DNA of 63,943 nucleotides, counting the filler, from an uncultured Methanosarcinales archaeon (lineage in GTDB: Archaea; Nanobdellota; Nanobdellia; Woesearchaeales; CAZXZL01): assembly GCA_964645415.1 (NCBI GenBank). It is 8 parts of 8 records of this genome, joined end to end, with 100 filler letters (N's around TTAATTAATTAA, not from the genome) between each part and the next. Parts side by side here need not be neighbours in the genome. Positions count along the whole stretch, not along the records: positions 19,936 to 28,837 come from CAZXZL010000038.1; positions 28,938 to 36,616 come from CAZXZL010000040.1; 6 more parts are not named here. One strand, 5' to 3'. The notes below the pieces were generated by a model that made no database searches, was not told the DNA's origin, and saw only the letters and a list, made by a program, of their open reading frames with translations. Shown here in pieces: positions 20,000-30,366 of the stretch; position 1 is the first letter of the stretch, and each line of letters starts with the position of its first letter. A program made the translations under genes and the position numbers.

Positions 20000-20926
20000 A
20001 TGGATATAAAAAAAATTATTCTTGTAATAAATGAACTTGCTGGAAGTAAAATAAGTAAAGTTTTTATCCCTTTCTTAGAATCTAGATTAAATTTAAACAA
20101 ATATGAATTAAAAAAAGTTTATTACAAATCTGAAAAGACTTTACCTGAAAAAATTAATTTTCATTGTAGTGATGAAAATACCTTATTTGTGGTTTTTGGA
20201 GGAGATGGTACTTTAAATCTTGTTTTAAATGGAATAATGAATTCTAATTTTATTGATAATTCTTATATTCTTCCTTTACCTTTTGGTTCTACAAATTTAT
20301 TTTGTAAAAAGTTAGGGATTAAATCTTACAAAAACGCATTTGAACTTATAAATAAAAAAAATTATGTTGAAGTTGATGTTTTAAAAGTTGAATATGGTGA
20401 TGACTTTTCTAAGAGAAACTATTTCTTTTCATGGATGAGTACTGGTTTTGATGAGATTGTAGTAAAAGATATGTATGGTTTTGTAAAGTTAGTTATGGGT
20501 AAATTAGGGTATCTTCTTCATGGCTTAATAAATTTTCTTAAACATAGTTTTAATGATATTAAAATTAAATATAATGGAAATGACTTAATAGGTACTTATT
20601 TAATCGTTGGTCAAGTTAAATATTATGGATCAAGATTATTTAGACCTTTATTTAAATCATCTTTATTTGATAACAAAATTGATCTATTTTTAATTAAATC
20701 TAGAAAAAAATCACAGATTATTTATTCTTTAATTCTAATTATTTTTAGATCTTTATTCTCTTTAAAGTTTAATTCTAAATATGTTGAATATGTTAAATCA
20801 GATGAGTTTCTCATTTCTTCATCAAACAATAAGCTCTTTCAGATAGATGGTGATTTATGTGGTAAATTACCAGCAAAAGTATCTATGGATGATAAAAAAG
20901 TAAAAGTATTATCTCCTAAAAAATAA
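20000..20926 (+). CDS. Diacylglycerol/lipid kinase family protein (YegS/DAGK)
   Basis: NxxAG, GGDGT, LPLPFGSTN, FQIDGD motifs. Confidence 0.9.
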   Translation: MDIKKIILVINELAGSKISKVFIPFLESRLNLNKYELKKVYYKSEKTLPEKINFHCSDENTLFVVFGGDGTLNLVLNGIMNSNFIDNSYILPLPFGSTNLFCKKLGIKSYKNAFELINKKNYVEVDVLKVEYGDDFSKRNYFFSWMSTGFDEIVVKDMYGFVKLVMGKLGYLLHGLINFLKHSFNDIKIKYNGNDLIGTYLIVGQVKYYGSRLFRPLFKSSLFDNKIDLFLIKSRKKSQIIYSLILIIFRSLFSLKFNSKYVEYVKSDEFLISSSNNKLFQIDGDLCGKLPAKVSMDDKKVKVLSPKK

Positions 20927-20938
20927 TTTCTTTTTATC

Positions 20939-21307
20939 CTATTTTATAAACAATTTATTCTCTTTTTTTATTTTTAAATCAATTTTGTTAAATTCTTTTT
21001 CAGGGATTTCTATGAGTCTATTTGATTTAATTTTAGGTCTATATATTTTCCAAGGATTTAATGTCTTTATTTCTTTTATTGTATTATCTTTTAACCAGAT
21101 ACATCTTAAAGGGAATCTGACAAAAAAAGTATGTATTCCTATTATCTGATTTCTATTGAAGTTAAAAATGAGAATTTTATCTGATTTTTTTGTAAACATA
21201 TAACCCAATGTTTTTTCAATAAAATTATTTCTATGAACTATTTTTAATTTAGTTTTTTTTTCTGTTTTTGTACTATTATTTTTATCAATGACTTTTATAT
21301 TTCCCAT
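20939..21307 (-). CDS. DUF192 family protein
   Basis: GYMF...LIF...IHTFFVRFPL...LIEIP pattern. Confidence 0.8.
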   Translation of the reverse strand: MGNIKVIDKNNSTKTEKKTKLKIVHRNNFIEKTLGYMFTKKSDKILIFNFNRNQIIGIHTFFVRFPLRCIWLKDNTIKEIKTLNPWKIYRPKIKSNRLIEIPEKEFNKIDLKIKKENKLFIK

Positions 21308-21509
21308 ATTACTTTATTTTTTTAATCTATAAAATTATTTTTATTTTAATTATTTTAAATTCCTAATACTTTATTTTTTATTTTATAAATTCTACACTTT
21401 TGTTATATTTACTCACTTTTTATTTTTTATGTGAATAATTCACTTTTTTCTCTCACATATACATTTAATTTAAATATTACTTTTTATTTTATAATAATAG
21501 TGTTTAAAA

Positions 21510-22481
21510 ATGGATTTAAATCTTAAATTAAGTGATACTGATACTGATTCTGATGTACCGGATAAAATATGGGATTTGTTAATTGTTGGTGCTGGACCTG
21601 CAGGATTCTCTGCTTCAATTTATTCACTAAGATATGGTCTTGATACATTAATTATTGGTGAGGATGTTGGTGGTTTAATGACTGAGAATCCAGTGATTGA
21701 GAATTTTCCTGGTTTTGGTGAAGTTGATGGTGAAGATTTAGCTTTAGATTTTAAAAAACATAATAAAAGTTTAGGAGGTTATCTTGTTGAAAAAAGAGTT
21801 AAAACTATTAATAAATCAAATGATTTATTTATTGTTTCAACAGTTGATGGTGAAAAATATAAATCTAAAACATTAATTTATTCTGCTGGAACTAAAAGAA
21901 GGAAACTTAATGTTCCTGGTGAAGAAGAATTATTTGGAAAAGGTGTTACTTATTGTGCAACTTGTGATGCTCCTTTTACTAAAGATAAAATTGTTGCTGT
22001 CATTGGTGGAGGAGATTCTGGATTTATCTCTTCAATTCAGGTATCTGAATATGCTAAAAAAGTTTATCTAATTCATAGGAGAGATGAGTTTAGAGCTCGA
22101 AAATCTTTAATTAAAAAAGCAGAAGAAAAAGGAGTTAATTTCATAAAGTGTGCTGAAACGATTAGATTTAATGGTGAAAATAATTTAGAGTCTATTGATT
22201 ATAAAGATATTAATACTGATGAAGAAAAATCATTAGAAATTAGTCATGTATTCATTGAAATTGGGCATATACCAACGACAAGTTTACTTAAAGAAAATTT
22301 TAATATTAAAGTTGATGATAGTGGTTATATAATGGTGAATGAAGATATGTCAACTAATATTGAAGGTTTATATGCTGCAGGAGATTGTACTAATGGAAGT
22401 AATAAAATGGCTCAAATAATTACAGCTTCTTCTGAAGGAGCTATTGCATCAGAATCTGTTTATAAATTACTTAAACATTAA
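21510..22481 (+). CDS. trxB: Thioredoxin-disulfide reductase
   Basis: GAGPAG, YCATCDA, GGGDSG, HRRDEFRA, AAGD. Confidence 0.95.
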   Translation: MDLNLKLSDTDTDSDVPDKIWDLLIVGAGPAGFSASIYSLRYGLDTLIIGEDVGGLMTENPVIENFPGFGEVDGEDLALDFKKHNKSLGGYLVEKRVKTINKSNDLFIVSTVDGEKYKSKTLIYSAGTKRRKLNVPGEEELFGKGVTYCATCDAPFTKDKIVAVIGGGDSGFISSIQVSEYAKKVYLIHRRDEFRARKSLIKKAEEKGVNFIKCAETIRFNGENNLESIDYKDINTDEEKSLEISHVFIEIGHIPTTSLLKENFNIKVDDSGYIMVNEDMSTNIEGLYAAGDCTNGSNKMAQIITASSEGAIASESVYKLLKH

Positions 22482-22501
22482 TATTAATTGAGGTGTTAAA
22501 T

Positions 22502-23134
22502 ATGGGAATTGTTGATGAAAATACAAAAAATCAAGTAAGTAAAAAACTAGAAAATTTAGATGGTGATGTAGAACTGATTCTTTTTGAGGGAGGAAATACA
22601 CAATACATCGACCAGATTAAAGAAATTTTAGATCTTTTTGATAATTCAAGTGATAAAGTTTCAGTTGAAATCCATTCTGAAGGTAGTGATAAAGCTAAGG
22701 ATTATGATGTAGATAATTTTCCTGTTATTTATGTTGAGGGTAAAAACAAAGGAGAGATCAAATTTTACGGTATCCCTGCAGGATATGAATTTGGTTCTTT
22801 TCTTGAATCAGTTATTATGGCATCAACTGGGGATTATCAGTTAAAGAAATCATCTGAGAATTTTTTAAATGATTTAGGGACTGATTTAAGATTGGATGTG
22901 TTTTTTACTCCTACTTGCCCACATTGTCCTAAAGCTGCAAATATAGCAATTAACTTTGCAATGGTCTCTTCTAAAGTTAGTTCAGGCATGGTTGAATCTG
23001 GAGAATTTCAAGATTGGGCAAAAAAACATAATGTTTCAGGAGTACCTCATACTGTAATAAATTCAGGAAAAGGCGATTTTGTTGGTGCTTATCCTGAAAA
23101 TAGAGCTTTGGATGAGATTAAAAAAGTATTATAA
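22502..23134 (+). CDS. Protein disulfide oxidoreductase (two thioredoxin folds, PDO/AhpF-NTD type)
   Basis: FYGIPAGYEF, TPTCPHCP, VSGVPHT; downstream of trxB; GAGGTG SD. Confidence 0.88.
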   Translation: MGIVDENTKNQVSKKLENLDGDVELILFEGGNTQYIDQIKEILDLFDNSSDKVSVEIHSEGSDKAKDYDVDNFPVIYVEGKNKGEIKFYGIPAGYEFGSFLESVIMASTGDYQLKKSSENFLNDLGTDLRLDVFFTPTCPHCPKAANIAINFAMVSSKVSSGMVESGEFQDWAKKHNVSGVPHTVINSGKGDFVGAYPENRALDEIKKVL

Positions 23135-23250
23135 TTTTTTTTCTTTTTTCTTTTTATTTTAGAATTTATGGTGATTTTTTAACTTAATTATTACTTTTTT
23201 GTTATAGTTGTTTGTATTTCTTTATTATTTAATTTCTACTTATTATTCTT

Positions 23251-23841
23251 TTAATCTTTTACTTTTTTGTATCTAAAAACTGTTTTTTTCTCAAAAGGTG
23301 GTTCTTTTAGAAATGTTGATACCGATCTTGTTATTTGACTATCCCAGTTATTTAGAAGTGATTTAACTTCATCTACTGGTATTTTTGTTCTTGCTGAAAT
23401 CTCTTCTACTGAATAAAATTCATCTTCATTTTTTCTCAAAAAATCTATAATTTCTTTTGTTTTATCTGTATCAATCCATATTCCTTGGCTTAATACTTTT
23501 TTAAAGACTTTCTTTAAATTTGGATTTTGTGTTACAAATAAAATATTTGATGTAATTATTTTTTGCTTATTACCTTTATAAGTTATCTTAGTTTTAACTA
23601 TATCTTTACTTTCTAATTTTTTAACTGAATTTGATACTGTTGATATAGAATGTCCAACTTTCTCCTTTAATTCACTTAAGTTTAGTTTTTCATTTAGTGA
23701 AAGTTTTTTTAGAATCTTTCTATTTATCTTATTTTTCCAAGAATCAGCAATTTTCACCTTTTTATCTTCTTCTATTGATTCAGGCAAAAATGATTCTATT
23801 TCTTCTGTTTTTTTATTGTAATAGACACATATCTTAAACAT
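23251..23841 (-). CDS. Winged-helix (ArsR-like) transcriptional regulator
   Basis: NRKILKKL..LNLSEL...VGHSISTVSNSVKKL HTH; second HTH-like SVEEISARTKIPVDEV. Confidence 0.75.
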   Translation of the reverse strand: MFKICVYYNKKTEEIESFLPESIEEDKKVKIADSWKNKINRKILKKLSLNEKLNLSELKEKVGHSISTVSNSVKKLESKDIVKTKITYKGNKQKIITSNILFVTQNPNLKKVFKKVLSQGIWIDTDKTKEIIDFLRKNEDEFYSVEEISARTKIPVDEVKSLLNNWDSQITRSVSTFLKEPPFEKKTVFRYKKVKD

Positions 23842-23879
23842 AATAATCTTTATTTGTTTAAAATATATAAAGTTTTCAC

Positions 23880-23900
23880 TTTTTCGGGAATACCGAAAAA
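23880..23900. promoter_or_regulatory. Candidate operator TTTTTCGG-N5-CCGAAAAA between divergent TATA boxes
   Basis: Perfect 8-5-8 inverted repeat flanked by TTTATATA (minus strand, ~23864-23871) and TTATATAA (plus strand, ~23908-23915). Confidence 0.55.
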
Positions 23901-23981
23901 AAGAAACTTATATAAATGAGTACTCATATTTAGTATATATTAGTAATTTAGTATATTTTTTTGTATACTATAGGTGTTACT

Positions 23982-24176
23982 ATGGAATCTCATAGAAAAA
24001 TAGAACAAATAACAAAGGCCCTCTTAAGATCTAATAGTGTTAAAGATAATGGTATGTTGTTAAATAAGGACTATATTCAGTATTTAAAAGAAGAAGATAT
24101 TGTTGAAAGGAGTGATTTAAATTCTGGGGCTTTTTTTGATCGTTTTATTCGAAATGTTATTGATTTTGTTGATTAG
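23982..24176 (+). CDS. Small hypothetical protein, first gene of the archaellum operon
   Basis: ATG after an AGGTG SD; ends 10 nt before arlF/G. Confidence 0.65.
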   Translation: MESHRKIEQITKALLRSNSVKDNGMLLNKDYIQYLKEEDIVERSDLNSGAFFDRFIRNVIDFVD

Positions 24177-24186
24177 GTGATTTATT

Positions 24187-24645
24187 ATGGGTTTTGGTGA
24201 TGTTGTATCACAAACAATTTTTTTCATTGCAATTTTAGGAATTAGTGTAACTTTAATTATGCTTTTTAATAATTATGTGAGCTCTGCCTCTGCTTCGATT
24301 GAGTCAAGTAGGTCTCGTATGGTTGATCAAATGAGTACTCATTTTGATATTACTAACGTCTATCACGAAAACAACACCAATACCACCCATGTATATGTGT
24401 TAAATACTGGAGAAAGTAAAATTATGCCAGAAGATATGGACGCATATATAAATTCCAGGTTTGTTCCTAGGACAGAAATCAATGCCAGTGTTGTCCCCTC
24501 AACTGATGTAAGAGATGAGGGGATATGGAACCCTGGTGAAACAATGTATATGTATATTAATATGTCTTTAGAAGATGAGATTCATTCAATTGATGTTGTT
24601 GCACCTAATGGAGTATCAGACTCTGATGTTTTTAGTTTTTCTTAA
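24187..24645 (+). CDS. Archaellum stator protein ArlF/ArlG family
   Basis: N-terminal TM (SQTIFFIAIL), VYVLNTG and WNPGET motifs; directly upstream of arlH. Confidence 0.85.
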   Translation: MGFGDVVSQTIFFIAILGISVTLIMLFNNYVSSASASIESSRSRMVDQMSTHFDITNVYHENNTNTTHVYVLNTGESKIMPEDMDAYINSRFVPRTEINASVVPSTDVRDEGIWNPGETMYMYINMSLEDEIHSIDVVAPNGVSDSDVFSFS

Positions 24646-24659
24646 TAAAATGACGTAAA

Positions 24660-25346
24660 ATGAGTTATTTAGATATACAGTTAGAAAGGGATGAAATTCA
24701 TACTAAATTAGGGGGTGCTTTACCAAAGAATAGCCTTGTATTAATTGAAGGTAATGATGGTGGGGGAAAAAGTGTACTCTCTCAAAGATTAGTTTATTCT
24801 TTATTAAAAAATGATCATAGTGCAACTTATATTTCTACAGAACTTAATACTCATGAATTTGTTTCTCAAATGAAATCATTAAATTATAATATTACAAAAG
24901 ATCTTTTAGATGAAAATCTCCTTTTTGTACCAATGTTTCCTTTTTATGGAAATGTTGAATTGAATAAATCTTTTATGGAAGAATTAATTTCTGAATCTAA
25001 TCTTTATAATAATGAAATTATTATTTTTGATACTTTCTCTTATTTACTTGTTAAAAATCATTCTGATTGTGACTTTTTTGATATAATGTCTTTTTTCAAG
25101 CAATTACTTGGTTTAGGTAAAACATTAATTATTTCAATTGAACCTTCACAAATGCCTAAAGATTTTTTAAATATGATTCATGGGATGTCTGATGTTTTTT
25201 TAAAGGTTGAAGTAAGAGATCATCTTGGAAAATTAACTAATTTTATTGATATTATTAGATTTAAAAGAGCAAAAGAAAGACTTCAAAAACGTATTCCTTT
25301 TAGGGTTGATCCTGGAATTGGAATGGCAATTGAGATTTCATCTTAA
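24660..25346 (+). CDS. arlH: Archaellum RecA/KaiC-like ATP-binding protein ArlH
   Basis: LGGALP, EGNDGGGKSVLSQRL, YISTE, IPFRVDPGIG. Confidence 0.95.
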   Translation: MSYLDIQLERDEIHTKLGGALPKNSLVLIEGNDGGGKSVLSQRLVYSLLKNDHSATYISTELNTHEFVSQMKSLNYNITKDLLDENLLFVPMFPFYGNVELNKSFMEELISESNLYNNEIIIFDTFSYLLVKNHSDCDFFDIMSFFKQLLGLGKTLIISIEPSQMPKDFLNMIHGMSDVFLKVEVRDHLGKLTNFIDIIRFKRAKERLQKRIPFRVDPGIGMAIEISS

Positions 25347-25355
25347 TTATAAAAA

Positions 25356-27008
25356 ATGGCAACTAAAAAAAGAGAATTACCAAAAACTGAATCAATTGAG
25401 GAGGCTAGAAGAAAATTCCCTCATTTTGATGAGTATCTTAAAAACTGGAGTGAACAAGGTAATCCTATGCCAGACTTTTATGTTGAACTAGATCGTTCTT
25501 TTGGTGATATTAGTGACCCTAATTTAATTTATCCTGTTGGGGATCCGATGTTTATTCATGTCCATAATGAAGGTGATGGAATGAAGTATGATATTATTCA
25601 ACCTCTTCTTACTGATGAAGAAAAAGAGATTAATGAAACTATTTTAGATAGAATGGTAGAACTTGCTTCTTCATTACCTGTTCCAGAGGATAAATCTGAA
25701 ATGGAAGAAATTCTAGTTGATTTGATGAATGAAGTTGTTGAGATAGAAGGTGAAGAGAAATCAATTACAGATAAAGTAAAGAATCTTTTTGGCTCAAAAA
25801 TAACTGTTGATAGACAAACTTTTGAAAAATTAAAATATTATTTAGTACGTAATAGAATTGGTTATTCAAAACTTGAACCTCTTTTTCATGACCCTTGGCT
25901 TGAAGATCTTCACTGTGTTGGTGTGGGTTCTATGAGTTTAGTTCATAAACTATTTGGGATGTGTAAGAGTAATCTAGAATTTGAAAACGATTATGAATTA
26001 AATACATACATGCTTGAAACAACTGAAAGAGTTGAAAGACCTGTAAGTTCTAGGCACTCTGTTGTTGATGCTGTAATGCCTGATGGTTCTAGAAGTAATT
26101 TTATTTATGGAAGAGATATTAGTCTTGAAGGTTCAAGTTTTACTATCCGTAAGTTTTCAGAAGTTCCTATTAGTATAACTCAACTTCTTGCTTGGAATAC
26201 ATTAGATTCAACAATGGCTGCTTACTTATGGTTAGCTTTAGAACATGGTATGAATATCTTTGTTTGTGGAGAAACTGCTGCTGGAAAGACTACTACTTTA
26301 AATGCTATGACAGCTTTTGTTAAATATGATGCTAAGGTTTATTCTGTTGAGAATACTCCTGAGGTTACTTTACCTCATGACATTTGGCAACATCTTGTTA
26401 CTAGAGAAGCAGGAAAAGATAGTGATGTAACATATTTAGATTTACTTCTTGCAGCACTTAGAAGTCGTCCTGAGTATATTATTGTTGGAGAGATTAGAGG
26501 AGAAGAAGGAAATATTGCTTTCCAAGCAATGCAAACAGGTCACCCAGTAACTTCAACTTTCCACGCTGGTAATATCAATTCTTTAATTCAAAGACTTACA
26601 AATCAACCAATTAGTGTTCCAATTACGTCTGTTGATAATTTAAATATTGCTGTATTCCAATCTGCTGTTTGGCAAGATGGTAAGATGCTTAGAAGAGTAG
26701 TTAACATGCAAGAAATTGAGAGGTATTATAGACCTCAAGAAAAGATGATTAATAGAGAGGTTTTTAGTTGGAATCCAAGTAGTGATGAGTTTAGTTTTAA
26801 AGGTATGTATAATAGTTATATCCTTGAAACAAAGATTGCAACTTTGTTAGGTTATTCTGATACTAGAAAAATTTATGATGACCTTGAAGAAAGAAAAAGA
26901 ATTTTAGATAGAATGGTAGAACTTGAAATATTTGAATACTTTAAAGTTTTTGAGTTAATAAAAAAATATTATATTGGAGGCGTTTCAAATCTTCCTTTTG
27001 AAGTTTAG
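25356..27008 (+). CDS. arlI: Archaellum motor ATPase ArlI
   Basis: IYPVGDPMFIH, GETAAGKTT, ALRSRPEYIIVGEIRG, FQAMQTGH. Confidence 0.97.
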   Translation: MATKKRELPKTESIEEARRKFPHFDEYLKNWSEQGNPMPDFYVELDRSFGDISDPNLIYPVGDPMFIHVHNEGDGMKYDIIQPLLTDEEKEINETILDRMVELASSLPVPEDKSEMEEILVDLMNEVVEIEGEEKSITDKVKNLFGSKITVDRQTFEKLKYYLVRNRIGYSKLEPLFHDPWLEDLHCVGVGSMSLVHKLFGMCKSNLEFENDYELNTYMLETTERVERPVSSRHSVVDAVMPDGSRSNFIYGRDISLEGSSFTIRKFSEVPISITQLLAWNTLDSTMAAYLWLALEHGMNIFVCGETAAGKTTTLNAMTAFVKYDAKVYSVENTPEVTLPHDIWQHLVTREAGKDSDVTYLDLLLAALRSRPEYIIVGEIRGEEGNIAFQAMQTGHPVTSTFHAGNINSLIQRLTNQPISVPITSVDNLNIAVFQSAVWQDGKMLRRVVNMQEIERYYRPQEKMINREVFSWNPSSDEFSFKGMYNSYILETKIATLLGYSDTRKIYDDLEERKRILDRMVELEIFEYFKVFELIKKYYIGGVSNLPFEV

Positions 27009-27013
27009 AAAAA

Positions 27014-28690
27014 ATGTTGAGAGATATGTATATAAATTTAGGATATCAGAATCTTGCTGAGTTTGTTTTTAAATACATATTTCCAACTATGTTTATTTCA
27101 ATTCTCTTTTCTGGTATTTTTATCATTGAACCGGCAATACCTAACTTTTTATCAATTTTTGTTTTAATTATTGGATTTGGTTTTATGATTTTATATCCTG
27201 TTTTAAGTTTTTTTCATAGAACTGTCGAAATTCATGAGTATCTTCACTTTTTCATAACTTATTCTTCTGCTTTAGCTAATTTACAGGTTACAAAAGGTCA
27301 AATTTTCAAAAAAGTTTCTGAATTTAGAAGATTTGGTTATATCTCTGATGTTTCTGCAAAGATTGTTTATTTTTTGAAACAATGGAATGTTACTTTTCCT
27401 GAAACTGTTAGAAAAGTTAGTAAATTAGTTCCTTCAAAAATTTTTAAAGATTTTTTAGACCGTCTTGCAACAGTAAGTGATTTCGGAGAAGATATTGAAA
27501 TATTTCTAGATGAAGAACAAGAAGCTGTAATGACTGATCTTGAAAACCAATATGAGCAAACTTTTGAAAATATTAAAACTGTTCAAGAAGTTTTTGTCTC
27601 ACTAATTATTACTGTTGCTTTTATGATGGCTATTTCTTTACTTATGCCTATTATTAGTCCTGATGTTACTTTTAGTTTAATTCTTCAAATTGGTTTAATT
27701 GTTGTTTTCATTCTTGATGGTATTGTTGTTTTAGTTGTTTGGATTCTGATTCCAAGAGATCGAATGTTTCATAATTTAGATATTGAAGATGATTTAAGAT
27801 CTCAAGTTAATACTATGTTTTTAGTTACTACTCCTTTTACTCTTTTTATACTTCTTTTTATTGGTTTTACTATGGTTGATAGAATACCTTTTCTTTTAAC
27901 TATTGGTTTAGGAATTTCTCCTTTAATGGTTCCAGCATTATATGCTCTTGAAGCAGAGAACAAAGTTCATGAAAGAGATAAATCCTATCCTACTTTCATT
28001 AGAACCATGGGTGAAGCTTTAGAAACAAAAGGAGGTGCTGTGTTATCTACTGTTGAGGGTTTAAGAACACATTTTTTTGGATCTTTAGATGATATGTTTC
28101 AAAATTTATATAAGCGTTTAAAAATTGGTTCTGATAAATATATGTCATGGCTTTATTTTAGTGGTGAAACAGGTAGTAATTTAATTTACCAATTTACTCA
28201 GATCTTTGTTGAGAGTATTTATTTAGGGGCAAATGCTGAAAAAGTAGGTTCTACAATTAGTGAAAATTTTACAAAGATTTTGAATTTAAGAAAGATTAAA
28301 TTTCAACTTGGTTCCCAGATGAGAGGAACTTTTTATGGTGCTTTAGTAGGTTTTACTGCAACTACTTATATTTCTGCAAATATTACTGAAAAACTTTCTT
28401 TTATGTTTACTCAACCTATGGAAAATTTAGGAGGGATGGGAGAATTTCAAGGAGTTATTGATAGTATTGTTCCTGCAATTCCAGAAGTTGATATGTTTGT
28501 TGTAAACACTTTAATTGGTATCATGGTTATTATTCATGCATTAGCTTCTTCTATCACAATTAAGATTATTGAAGGTGGTTCTAAGTTTGCAATTCTTTTT
28601 GATTTTATTGTATTAGTTTGGATTGGTGCTTTTTTAAGTACTACAATTCCTGTTGTAATGGATGTTTTATTACCTTCATTTGGAGGATAG
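27014..28690 (+). CDS. arlJ: Archaellum membrane platform ArlJ
   Basis: Polytopic; FLDRLA and YPTFIRTMG T2SSF-like repeats; follows arlI. Confidence 0.95.
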   Translation: MLRDMYINLGYQNLAEFVFKYIFPTMFISILFSGIFIIEPAIPNFLSIFVLIIGFGFMILYPVLSFFHRTVEIHEYLHFFITYSSALANLQVTKGQIFKKVSEFRRFGYISDVSAKIVYFLKQWNVTFPETVRKVSKLVPSKIFKDFLDRLATVSDFGEDIEIFLDEEQEAVMTDLENQYEQTFENIKTVQEVFVSLIITVAFMMAISLLMPIISPDVTFSLILQIGLIVVFILDGIVVLVVWILIPRDRMFHNLDIEDDLRSQVNTMFLVTTPFTLFILLFIGFTMVDRIPFLLTIGLGISPLMVPALYALEAENKVHERDKSYPTFIRTMGEALETKGGAVLSTVEGLRTHFFGSLDDMFQNLYKRLKIGSDKYMSWLYFSGETGSNLIYQFTQIFVESIYLGANAEKVGSTISENFTKILNLRKIKFQLGSQMRGTFYGALVGFTATTYISANITEKLSFMFTQPMENLGGMGEFQGVIDSIVPAIPEVDMFVVNTLIGIMVIIHALASSITIKIIEGGSKFAILFDFIVLVWIGAFLSTTIPVVMDVLLPSFGG

Positions 28691-28837
28691 TATCACAATT
28701 TTTATCAAAATTGGCTAGGATAGTACCATATTTCATATGGCACGTTAGTTTCGATAGTACTCTATTTATTTCTGTTTTTGTTTTTATAAGCTTCTATCTT
28801 TTTTTTTTCTAAGATGATTTGATCTCAGCTTTTATCA
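28691..28837 (-). repeat. Mosaic repeat copy (core hairpin 28723-28743)
   Basis: Minus strand GTGCCATAT-GAA-ATATGGTAC plus AAATCATCT module. Confidence 0.85.
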
Positions 28838-28945
28838 NNNNNNNNNNNNNNNNNNNNNNNNNNNNNNNNNNNNNNNNNNNNTTAATTAATTAANNNNNNN
28901 NNNNNNNNNNNNNNNNNNNNNNNNNNNNNNNNNNNNNATGAAAAG

Positions 28946-28992
28946 AGAATAAAACTATCTAAATAAAATATCTTCAGCAGTTCTATCAATTA
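28946..28992. repeat. 47-bp direct repeat, copy 1 (identical to 30367-30413)
   Basis: AGAATAAAACTATCTAAATAAAATATCTTCAGCAGTTCTATCAATTA occurs twice, 1421 bp apart. Confidence 0.9.
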
Positions 28993-30248
28993 GTAAATAA
29001 ATTAGAACCAAAATCATAAAAAGGTAAAATTCTCTTAATATTAGGGTTTAAATCCTGCTCGCTTTTATTAATTAGATAACCAAAATCAGCATATTTTGAA
29101 ATAAACTTTTCTAAACTATTAAAATCACTCTTCCTCAATCTATCCTTAAATTTTATCTCAAAAGGAATTTGTCTTGAAACCAAATCAACAATTAAATCAA
29201 CCTCATTTTGGTTTTTATCCTCCCAATATTTCAAATTACTATATCCTCTTTTAATAAATTCATTAATAATAAATGTCTCAAATAGCTCTCCAGTATCATT
29301 TCTAATAGATAACTCATTAAAATTATTAACAAAATAATTTCTTACTCCTGTATCTAAAAAATAACATTTTTGAGTTTTTGTAATCTCTTTGTTTTTATTA
29401 GTAAAAAAAGGCCTCAAATTAAAAATAAAATAACTTTCCTTTAAAATCTCAACATACTTTTTAGTAATCTTATAATTAATATTTAACCTGTTAGAAACAT
29501 TATTATATTTTAATTTACCACCATTATTAACAGCAAGAAACTCAACTAGCTTTTTAATAATACTAACATTAGATGGCTCAATATAATTAATAATATCTTT
29601 TTTTAAATAAAGATCAAAAATACTTTCTAAACATTTAATCTTCTCATCAGAACTTGAAGATAAAACTACCTCAGGATAACCTCCAAAAATCATGAATTCA
29701 TATAATAACTCATATAAATCATTAAGTTCATTATTTAAACCATCGCCCGAAATAGAATTAATATTATTATATATTTTTAAAAATTTTCTATCTTTTGTCC
29801 TTAAAAATTCTAAAAAAGAGAAAGGATAAAGATAATTCAATCTTTTTCTTCCAGCAAGAGACTCTTGAATAGAATCTTTAATCAAAATAGAAGAAGAACC
29901 AGATGCAAAGACTTTAATATTTATATGATGATCATAAACATTTTTCAAAACCATTGAAAAGTCATCATATCTTTGAAATTCATCTAAGAAAACATAAAAT
30001 TTCTTACCATCTTCCTTATATCCATTTAACTTAAGAGTATTGATAAAAGATTTATAATCAGATACTTTTTCATAATTAGAGAAAATATCTAAATCTAAAA
30101 ATAAAGAAACATCATCATTAACTAAAGAAAATAATTCTTTTAATAGAGTAGTTTTACCAACTTGTCTTGGTCCAATAATTAAAGAAACTTTTCTATCATC
30201 TAATTGAGATTTTAAATCAGAGAATATTTCCCTTTCAATTATTTCCAT
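28986..30248 (-). CDS. AAA+ ATPase (AAA_14 + DUF4143)
   Basis: GPRQVGKTT, FLDEFQ, SGSSS, ESLAGR, GGYPE, YFLDTG, EVDL...FEIK. Confidence 0.93.
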   Translation of the reverse strand: MEIIEREIFSDLKSQLDDRKVSLIIGPRQVGKTTLLKELFSLVNDDVSLFLDLDIFSNYEKVSDYKSFINTLKLNGYKEDGKKFYVFLDEFQRYDDFSMVLKNVYDHHINIKVFASGSSSILIKDSIQESLAGRKRLNYLYPFSFLEFLRTKDRKFLKIYNNINSISGDGLNNELNDLYELLYEFMIFGGYPEVVLSSSSDEKIKCLESIFDLYLKKDIINYIEPSNVSIIKKLVEFLAVNNGGKLKYNNVSNRLNINYKITKKYVEILKESYFIFNLRPFFTNKNKEITKTQKCYFLDTGVRNYFVNNFNELSIRNDTGELFETFIINEFIKRGYSNLKYWEDKNQNEVDLIVDLVSRQIPFEIKFKDRLRKSDFNSLEKFISKYADFGYLINKSEQDLNPNIKRILPFYDFGSNLFTN

Positions 30249-30366
30249 TCTATTTCACCAAAGATGTAAAATTATTCTAGTTTTTTTTAACCTTGTAGTA
30301 AAATTAGAATCATATTATTTAAATATTATTGTTATCTTGTAGTTGTTTATTTTAAAAAACATAAAA

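Noticed and set aside
28618..28812. 64-aa ORF after arlJ
   Set aside because: Overlaps arlJ and reads through a repeat element.
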